DNA from: an uncultured archaeon
GTDB lineage: Archaea > Iainarchaeota > Iainarchaeia > Iainarchaeales > JAAZKV01
Assembly: GCA_964534045.1 (NCBI GenBank)
Contig: CAZHNO010000001.1
Coordinates: forward strand, 129,786 to 193,785
Direction: 5' to 3'
DNA length: 64,000 nt
Every line of letters starts with the position of its first letter. Position 1 is the first letter of the stretch. The position numbers were made by a program, and so were the translations under genes. Of this stretch, positions 28,087-37,300 are shown one piece after another. The notes beneath the pieces were generated by a model. It was not told the origin of the DNA. It searched no databases and saw only the letters and a list, made by a program, of their open reading frames with translations.

Positions 28087-29873
28087 TTTTTATGAAACGA
28101 GAAATTGGAATTATTTTGATTTTACTTTTTACAATTGGTTTTGTTTTTGCTTTTAGTGGAAGTGGTTCTGGAAGTTCAGAAGACCCATATCAAATTACTA
28201 CGTGCACTCAATTACAAGAAATGGATAATAATTTAACAGCAGATTACAAATTAATGCAAGATATTGATTGTTCAAGCATTGAAAATTTTGAATCAATTGG
28301 TGATTGGTGGAGTAGTCAAGTTTTTACTGGAAACCTAAATGGAAATTCAAAAACAATTTCTAATTTAACAATTAATAGTAGTTCAAGATATATTGGTATT
28401 TTTTCTGACTTAAGAGGAGATGTTAATCACTTAGTTTTGTTAAATCCAACCATTACAAGCACAAGTGATGGAACTGCTGCTTTAGCGGGTAGAACTGATG
28501 GAGCATACATCTATGATGTTAATGTACTCAATGCCACAATAAATGGAGGCTATTATGTGGGTGCGCTAGTTGGATACAATTACAATTATTCAACTATTAC
28601 AAACTGCCACTCAAGCGGAACAATAACTGGAACTGGAATTTATGCTGGTGGGATAACTGGATCAAATCATGTTTCAACAATTACAAATTGTGATTCTAAT
28701 GCCACTGTAAATGGAACTGAAGAAGTTGGTGGAATAACTGGTTACAATTGGGGCGGAACAGTAATATATTCTAATTTTTCTGGACAAGTTAATAGCACCA
28801 TAATCAACGCTGGTGGAATATCTGGTGGAACTAGTGGCGGAACAATTAGTCAATGTTATTCAACCGGAGATATCAATGGGGTGAGTAGAGTTGGTGGGAT
28901 AGCTGGAAGACTAGTTGGAACAATAACTAATTCTTATTTCACTGGAACAGTTAGCGGAACAAGTGAAGTTGGGGGGCTTACTTCTGCATTCAGAAGTGAT
29001 TCAACAATAACAAACTCTTATTCAAATGGGCTTGTTACTTTTACCAGTTCAGGAGGGGGATTAATTGGTTCTTGTGATGGTGGTTGTGGAAGCATAACAA
29101 ATTCTTATTGGGATACTCAAACCTCTGGACAAGAAACAAGTGCGGCAGGGACTGCAAAAACAACTTCACAACTTTCTCAACAATCAACTTACTCAAGCTG
29201 GGATTTTTCAGCAATATGGACAATTAGTGAAGGGTCAACTTATGCTTACTTTGATTGGCAAACAGAAAATATCCCAACAGTGAGTGAAACAACTTATTAT
29301 TCAACAGGAACATTTACTTCAAAAACAATTTCACTTGGAAGTGCAAAAGATTTTAATTTATTAAATTTTTCTATTACTGAACCTAGCGGAACAAATGTTC
29401 AATTTCAATTAAGAAGTGCAACAAGTGAAGTTGGTTTGGATTCTGCAACATGGTATGGCCCAACAAGCACAAGTGATTATTATACTACAACAGGAACAAC
29501 AATTAATTCTGTGCATGATGGAAATTCTTGGGTGCAATGGAAGGGTTATTTGAGTGGAAATGGTTCAGCAACACCAACCATAACTGATGTAAATATTTTG
29601 ACAACAAATCATATTGATTCTAATGCAATTTTTGTTGGAGGAAGTGGAACAAGCAGAACATGGAGCACTTACAGCATTTCACAAACATTAAATTCTGGAA
29701 GTATTAGTTGGTTTTACTGCACTAGCTGGCCTTGTTCAAGTTGGACTTCTTTAGAAAGCACAAGTGGAAGTTTGAGTGGAACAAGTGCATATATTTATTT
29801 TAGAGGATTAATGTCAGCCTCAAGCACTAACAATTCACCAAGCATTACACAAATAACAATTAATTATGAGTAA
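28083..29873 (+). CDS. GLUG-motif repeat surface protein (596 aa), co-transcribed with the pilin-like gene
   Basis: It has a signal peptide and then about 25-aa tandem repeats of the form xVGGIxGxNxGGTIxNSYxTGxVxG. Examples are EVGGITGYNWGGT and RVGGIAGRLVGTITNSYFTGTVSG. These are characteristic of the GLUG motif family. Confidence 0.5.
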   Translation: MIFMKREIGIILILLFTIGFVFAFSGSGSGSSEDPYQITTCTQLQEMDNNLTADYKLMQDIDCSSIENFESIGDWWSSQVFTGNLNGNSKTISNLTINSSSRYIGIFSDLRGDVNHLVLLNPTITSTSDGTAALAGRTDGAYIYDVNVLNATINGGYYVGALVGYNYNYSTITNCHSSGTITGTGIYAGGITGSNHVSTITNCDSNATVNGTEEVGGITGYNWGGTVIYSNFSGQVNSTIINAGGISGGTSGGTISQCYSTGDINGVSRVGGIAGRLVGTITNSYFTGTVSGTSEVGGLTSAFRSDSTITNSYSNGLVTFTSSGGGLIGSCDGGCGSITNSYWDTQTSGQETSAAGTAKTTSQLSQQSTYSSWDFSAIWTISEGSTYAYFDWQTENIPTVSETTYYSTGTFTSKTISLGSAKDFNLLNFSITEPSGTNVQFQLRSATSEVGLDSATWYGPTSTSDYYTTTGTTINSVHDGNSWVQWKGYLSGNGSATPTITDVNILTTNHIDSNAIFVGGSGTSRTWSTYSISQTLNSGSISWFYCTSWPCSSWTSLESTSGSLSGTSAYIYFRGLMSASSTNNSPSITQITINYE

Positions 29874-29963
29874 AAAAATAATTTGTATTTAGAAAACACT
29901 TTGTGCCAATTGACTTGATTATAAAAAAGCTAATTTATTAAACTCAAAAGCATTATTTTTCTT

Positions 29964-30569
29964 ATGCAAAAAAAGAATTCATTTTTTGAAAATATAAATA
30001 ATTACACAAAACCTTTACAAAAATATATTAAAACACAAGAAGAAAAAATTAAAAAAAATCCAAAAAAACAATTGAGTTTTTTTATTCTCGGGTTTATATT
30101 ATTTTATTTAATTTTTACAACTATATTAATTCCATTTCAAATGCCAATAAAAAATTTTACTGGAGAAGTGGTTGTTGGTTTTTTGAGTGTTCAAGGTTTG
30201 GAAATTGAAAAAAATGGTTTTGTTTTGGATGAATTTGGGGAAGAAAATTATACTTTCACTCTAAAAGAAAAAAGTCAAGTTTTTTTTATTTCATGGTTAT
30301 GCACAGGAATATTAGAAATAATAATTTTGTTAGGAGCAATTTTTGCTAGCTTTGGAGTTAATTGGAGAAAGAAATTATTAGGAATGAGTGGAGCAATAGT
30401 TGCTGGAATAATTTTTAACTTTATTAGAATTTGGTTAACAATAAACATTTTTATTTTAACAAATGCTGAAACAACAAATATTGCGCATGATTTGTTATTC
30501 AGATTGGTGCTTTTTATATACATTTCAGCATATTATATTATTTGGTTTAATTACACTCAAAGGAAATGA
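29964..30569 (+). CDS. Small polytopic membrane protein, possible short archaeosortase/exosortase-family protein (201 aa)
   Basis: It has about 5 TM helices. A conserved-looking Cys sits in a TM (ISWLCTGILE). An N..R motif (FNFIRIW) lies about 42 aa downstream, and a second Arg (LFRLV) follows. This spacing is reminiscent of the Cys/Arg active-site layout of ArtA-like enzymes. The assignment is speculative. Confidence 0.3.
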   Translation: MQKKNSFFENINNYTKPLQKYIKTQEEKIKKNPKKQLSFFILGFILFYLIFTTILIPFQMPIKNFTGEVVVGFLSVQGLEIEKNGFVLDEFGEENYTFTLKEKSQVFFISWLCTGILEIIILLGAIFASFGVNWRKKLLGMSGAIVAGIIFNFIRIWLTINIFILTNAETTNIAHDLLFRLVLFIYISAYYIIWFNYTQRK

Positions 30570-30574
30570 TTTGA

Positions 30575-31261
30575 ATGAGTAGGCATCATAGGTTTAGGGA
30601 TTTTTTACATGGTTTTCATAGACATGAAAAAGTAAGCCCTGAAACCGAAGCAATAATGAAAAAAATGAGGGAAGTACAAGAAAGAAAAGACCCAAGAGAT
30701 ACTGTTGCCGGAAGAATCAAGGAAAGGTTTAGCAGACCAACAAAAGAACATGTTGAAGCTGTACTGGAAACGGCAAGAATATTAGCAAATCATCCTTCTC
30801 AATATAACATTAGGACTATTGATGGTGCTGGTTCGGCAGTAAGCACTTTGAATGAATTAAAACATTTATTAAGGCAAAATCTTCCAGATGGAGTAAGAGC
30901 AAGGATTAATTTTCAAATAGAAAACTTAGAAAACACCATTAAAGAAGTTAATATGCGAGAATATGCAGGAAAAACTAAACATGGAATTTCTGAAAAAGAA
31001 TTAGCGCACTTAGACGGAAACTTACACCGAGAAAAAAACATTGTCAGGGATGTTTGGCGTTCTATTTCTGACCCAAAACACCCAAGAAGAAGAACAATAA
31101 ATGAGGTTATCAAAGAAGCAAGAGAAAGAAAAGCTGAATTAGGAAAAGAACTTGAAAAGGCAAGAGACAATAAAGAACACCAATTAGTAATTGACAATCT
31201 AATATCAAGAATGGATGAGTGGACAATACTAGAAGAAAAAGTAAAGCATGGAGAAAGATAA
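30575..31261 (+). CDS. Hypothetical soluble charged protein with a His-rich N-terminus (228 aa)
   Basis: Long ORF with the His-rich N-terminus MSRHHRFRDFLHGFHRHEK and a helical K/E/R-rich body. Confidence 0.45.
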   Translation: MSRHHRFRDFLHGFHRHEKVSPETEAIMKKMREVQERKDPRDTVAGRIKERFSRPTKEHVEAVLETARILANHPSQYNIRTIDGAGSAVSTLNELKHLLRQNLPDGVRARINFQIENLENTIKEVNMREYAGKTKHGISEKELAHLDGNLHREKNIVRDVWRSISDPKHPRRRTINEVIKEARERKAELGKELEKARDNKEHQLVIDNLISRMDEWTILEEKVKHGER

Positions 31262-31323
31262 AATTTAGTTATTTTATTATTAAACAGCAATATTTTTAAC
31301 CAAGTTCAATTAATAATTCTATA

Positions 31324-34300
31324 ATGGTTGATGTTGGAAAATTCTTTGACAAAAAAGTACTCGTGCTAATTGTGATTATTTTACTTATTTTAATTGGTTT
31401 TGTTATTTTTGGAACACAACAAAAAGAAATAAACCAAGAATTTGAATTTTATGATTCTATTGTTTCAAAAAATGTTTTAATAGGAAGTGAAAGAATTGAA
31501 ACTTACACAATAAATCTACAAAATCCAGTTTTTGGTTACCTAATAATCCCAAAAACCATTGTAGAAGATGCAAGTAAATTGGCAATAAGCGGAGATTTTG
31601 ACGCTGAAATAATTGAAAATTATCCAATATTGAAAATTGAATCAAACGATTATTCACCAGGAACAAAAAACTTAATTATTAAAAGTACAATTGGGAATGC
31701 AGAGCACACAAGCATTCTATTCTTGATTCCGCTTGTAGAATATAATTCATTCAGCGAAACAGAACTTGCTGATTTGGAAGAAACAATAACCCAATTTTCA
31801 CAACTTGATGAAAATTATTTTACCTTTGAAGAAACAGAAAAAATAATGAAAGAATTTGAAGAAGGAACAAAAGAAAATTCAGAATCTGCTGACTTTAAAA
31901 AAAAAAACGAGAACACAAAAATTTCTTTAGCTGAAGTAAATTATATTTCACCTTTTAACTCATTAGTAAACACTTTAAACAGCACTTATAACGTAAGAGA
32001 GAAATCCAACACCAAACTAGTAAAAAAACCTGAAATTGAAAAACCAGTAACTCTCCAAAATAATCCAACAGAAATTTTAAACAAAATCTTACAACCAAGA
32101 ATCCAAGCAAATAATATTGGTGGAGAATTTTCAATAACAATAAACTTTAAACCAGAAAAAAAAAGTTATGCTCTTCCAGAAAAAATTTTAATGACATACA
32201 ATGAAAAAATTCCAAAAATAACATGGAATGCAATAGTAATTATAAATGAAGAAACAAATATTTCAGATGGAACAGAACTTGTTTTTACAGGACCTGAAAA
32301 TTTTGATTTCAGCTACTTGCGTCTGACAAAGCAAAACTACTCAACACTTGGCGCAACCGATGAAGAAATAATTGCACAAATAAATGAAAATGATGAAAGT
32401 AAACCGATTTACCTTGTTTCAATTGGAATTGACACTGGCAATTATGATGAAACTGAAATTATAGAAAAAATAACAATTAAGCATGATGGAATTTTAATTC
32501 CAAAAATATATTCTTCAGAAATTAGGTTAATTAAAAATAATTGTGCAGAAAGAACAAATTACTATTGGTTTGGAAATGAAACTAACTTTAATTATGAAAT
32601 TCAAAAAGAATATTCAAACGCAACAATATGTTTGAAAGAATTCACAGAATTTTCACTCACAGAAAAAATACTTTCGTATGATATTAATTTTGGAAACAAG
32701 GAAGAAATTGATTCATCTCTTTTAATTGGAGCAATTAATACTGATCCGTCTTCTTCAAAAAAAATTGAAGAAGAAATTCAAAAAATTAATGAAAAAAGCC
32801 TTTCTGATTTTTACAATGCTGAAGAACACCACAAAAAGTGGATGGGAGAATATAATTCGATTGCACATGAGGCTATTGAGGAACTTAACTTTCTTGATTC
32901 AAAAACTACTGATAATACGACAAAAGAAATAATACAAAAGAATATTCTTTGGTTTGAATATCTTATTATTGAACAAAAATTGAAGAACGATCCAACAGAT
33001 AGAAATACACTTGAAGAATCAGTAGAAAAATATTTAGACTATTTTTTTTATCCAATTCCAACTTATCTTATGACAGAAGAAGCAATTAGTGAAAAAAGAA
33101 AAGAAATTCTAGAAATTCAAGAAACTAAATATGGAACTTACTCAAAATGGCTCCTTACCGAAATAGCATCAAAATATTATTTGATTGAAGAATTATTAAT
33201 TGAAAAAGAAAAAGCATTCGCATTATTACTCTTAGAAAAATCAAAAGGCAGTGGTTGTCCAACAGCATTGAGTGTAGAACAATACATATTCAATACAGCC
33301 TCTCCACAATACCCTTTACAAATGAATAAAGACTTCAGAGACATAGTGAAGTTTCTTTCAATAAATGAAGCCAAATATATTAGTACTGGTTCAACAAGTG
33401 TTATTGGTGGGCAAAGACAATTAACAGAAATAGAGGCAACTTTGAAAAGATTTCAAGATTCTACTTATTGCACTTTAAACCTTGAAGAATTTGAAAACCC
33501 ACCACCTAGCTTTTTTGGCTCAACAGAAAATGCACAATTATTTAACTTCAAAAGAATTTCCCTTAGAAATTTAATCAAAAATAGTGTTAAAGAAAAAGTT
33601 GGTTTAAGACTATCTGCATATTTATTATACAATTATTCAGAAATTCTAGAAAAAGCAACAAGTGAAACGCTTAGAAGTTTGGAAAGACAGGAAACTAATT
33701 TTAACACAGAATATGAAAAAATACAAATGCCAAAAAAAGGAGGATTAACTTTACTTGAATTATATAATATAAAAGATATCAATACGATTTCAGCTCTTCT
33801 TGGAACAAACTTACAAGATATAAAAAATGACCTTGCAATTGAAAGCATACAATCAGCATTCAACAATCAACTCAAACCAATAATTTCTGTTGTGAAAAAT
33901 CAAAAGTTTTTGGGTTTCGTAAAAAATATTGGAGTGGCTGAAAAACTAGAAGGGCACTTAGCAATAGTTGACAATACAATTAATTCTGAACTGCAAATAA
34001 CTGCAAAAAAAATTATTGAAAAAGAGGATTCGGAAAAATTCAATTATATACTTTACAATCTCACAACCGGAAAATTACTTGAGAATTATGGTGAAGAAAT
34101 AAACACAAAAATGAAACTCATTGAAGGATTAAAACAATTAAAAACAAGTTTGCTAGAAGGCAAAGATTTTGTTGACATACTGAACGAAAAAACACAAGAA
34201 TTTGAAAATAAAGAATTAAATATACTTGCTCCCGAGGAAACAATAACTGAAATAATAAATCCTCAAGATCCAAGAGCTACAACCCTAATCATAAAAAAAA

Positions 34301-37300
34301 CTAACCCTAAATATTCTGCCTGGGCGGAAAAAGTAAATTCATTAGGTGAAGAAAATTATTCTGTTTTAGCTTTAAATCAACCAGTAATAAAAGCAGAAAT
34401 AGAAAAACAACAAATTATTGAAAGTAATCAGACAAAAAAAAGTGAAGAAATTAAATTAGCTAAAACGGAAAAAGAAAAACTGAAAATTCTTTTGCCTGAA
34501 GAAGATCAGGCAAAAATAATGCTGAAAATAGCTGATTATTATTATGATTCTGGATTATATTGGGAAGCATATCAGAATTATGCTTACATAAAAGAACAAT
34601 TACCAAACTCAACAACAGCAACTTATGCAAGCACAAAAATGTTTTCTATGGAAAAAGGCACTGGAATGTTTTTTGGAAAAATGTATTGGGAAACATATGG
34701 AAAAATAGCTAAAGAATTTACAACAGTTTCAATGATTGCTTCATACTTAGCAATTTATGGAACACTAAAATTCCTTGCTACTCCAGAGATAGCTTCGGCA
34801 AGAAATATTAAAAATATTGACAAAGCACATAATACAAAACTAACCCAAACACTCGCTAACGCAGATGATTATATTATTACAGGCTCCGGAGAATGGATAA
34901 CTATTACATCACAAACACAACAAATAGGAAACGCTAAAGCAATACAAAATGCAATAAAAGGATTTGAGATAGTAAACGGACAACTTGTACAATTGAATCT
35001 AAAAACATCAAGAGTATATTCAATGCTTGAAAATTTTAAGGCATTAAGAACACAAAGATTTTTTAACAAAATATTTGAAAGCAACACTTGGAAAGTGCTT
35101 ACAAAAGATAGACTTGTAAATGAACAATGGTATCAAAATTTTATTGAAAAAAAAGTTGCTTATGATACAAAAGAATTTTTGAGAACAAAATATGGAATGG
35201 ACTCAGTGCTCTTTGCAGAAAATCCTTCTGATGAATTGATTAAGGCATGGGTAAGGTCTTATAATTCAGATCCCGTTCAAGCGCTTGATAAAGATAATTT
35301 CAAAATATTTTTGAATAGAACTAGCCAAGCACTAACTGAAAAAGTAACAGAACTTAGAAATTATCGCGCTCTTACTTCTACAGAAACAAAAGATTTATTA
35401 GCAACAATAGAAATGTTAAAACAAACAACTGTTTATGTTGATGATGTTGTTGCACAAAGCACAGCCATTGTCCCAGCAAATTATTATATGAAAGGAGCAC
35501 TTGCCAAAATGCAAGCAAGACAAGCATTTTCTTTAAGTGAAGTAACAAGGGCAAAAGCTTTGCTCACTGATGGCAGTTCAACAGCCCTTGTAAAAGATTT
35601 TTTGGGTTCTCCTATTGATGACATAATAAGTTTTTCAAGAACTGATGTGGCTTACTCATCAGCATTAATGCTTACTCAAAAAGAAACAAAATTAGCAACA
35701 ATAAACACAAGGATTAGTGAACTTGAAACTTACTTAGCTAAATATGGAAAAACAAGTTCATTACTTTCAAATCCATGGCAGGCTGAATTAATGGAATTAA
35801 AAAATCAAAGTGCATTATTAACTGCAAGTGATTATGCGGATGATGTTGTAAGTATTGCATGCAGTGCTCCTTGTGGATTTAAAATAAAAAGTGTTGAAGG
35901 AAGTACTGAAATAAATTTTGGTGATGTTGAAGCAAAAACAGAAGCAATTTCTTGGGATCCTAACAAAACACTTGTAATTGAAGACGCAACAGTTGATGGG
36001 GCAAAAGCAACTATAAAAGTTGAACAAATAATTGATATAGCTCTACCAAAAGCAATAATTACAACAAGTCAAACTACTAATGGAGAAGTTCTGTTGAAAA
36101 TAATGTCTCCAAAAATAATGTCTGTTCAAACACTTGAAGGAGGAATATTAACTGGAATTGGAGCGGATTTAACTCCAAATTCACCTTGGACAACAATAAA
36201 ATTTAATTTAGATGGAAAAGGAGGGCGGATTTTTTTTGTGAATGAAGAATCCACTACACTAGGTGCACATCAAAAAGGTCAAGAAGCCATTAATGTAAAT
36301 ATTGATAGTCATTTAACTGACAAAATGACTCAAGAAATTGGTTTGAAAAATGCATTGAAAGTTACTACTGCACATGAAACAACACACTTTGGATTTTATT
36401 CACTTGCACCAAATGAAAGACAAGTTGCATTTGATGCTATTGAAACAACTATTGGTAGTGATGATAAACTTTATGCATTATATTATAAATTTTTGGCTTG
36501 GGAACATGGAAATCCAGATTATTTTTTGAGAAGCGGCACTATTGAAGAAATTTATGCAAAATATAAAAAAAATTTATCTGTGAATGGAATTGCAAATAAT
36601 CTTTCCCCAGCAGAAGAAACACAAATACTAGATGAATATATTAATGCAATAAAAAACAATTCAGGAAAAAGTTATGGAATAAAATTAGATGACCCAAATA
36701 AACAAATGCTTATTGATGGAGCAAAAGAAAGGGTTGGTGAATTAAGAATTTCTAAAGTAAGTGTTCAAACTCCAAGTGGAAAACAAGAATATTATATTAA
36801 TAGTGATACTTTGTTTGACGAATTAACCTCAGTTATGGCTGAACAAAAGTTTTATCCTGAAAGGGTTGTTGATAGTGCAACTCTTCAAAAACTCAAAGGT
36901 GCTTTGCCACAAAAAGCATCTGGAATAATCTCTGAAGCACAAAGTATTGCTGATGAAGCTGTAAACACTGCTTATTCTTCAGGAAAGCATCCTGCACTAC
37001 AAGCATCAACTCAAGAAATAACTACACCAATTCTTACACAAGGACAATGCATTTCTGGATGTTTGTATCCAACAAGATCAGCATCAATAATAAACGACCC
37101 AACACTTGCTACAGAAGGAAAGCTTGTGGAACCAACCCAATCTTTAAAAGTATCAAAAGGTTCAATTTTTAGTTCAGAAAAAGATTTACCTAAACTAAAA
37201 GAGGATTACGCACGATTAATTCATTTTACAAGCAATCAAAGAGGGGTTGAACTTGCATTAAAACAAGGTTTTATTTATGAACAACAAGGTGCAATTTCTT

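Noticed and set aside
28083-29873. Possibility that the GLUG-repeat protein is an S-layer protein
   Set aside because: It has no C-terminal anchor or sorting signal. Its repeat type matches adhesin/protease-associated GLUG motifs rather than known archaeal S-layer domains. This remains uncertain without profile searches.
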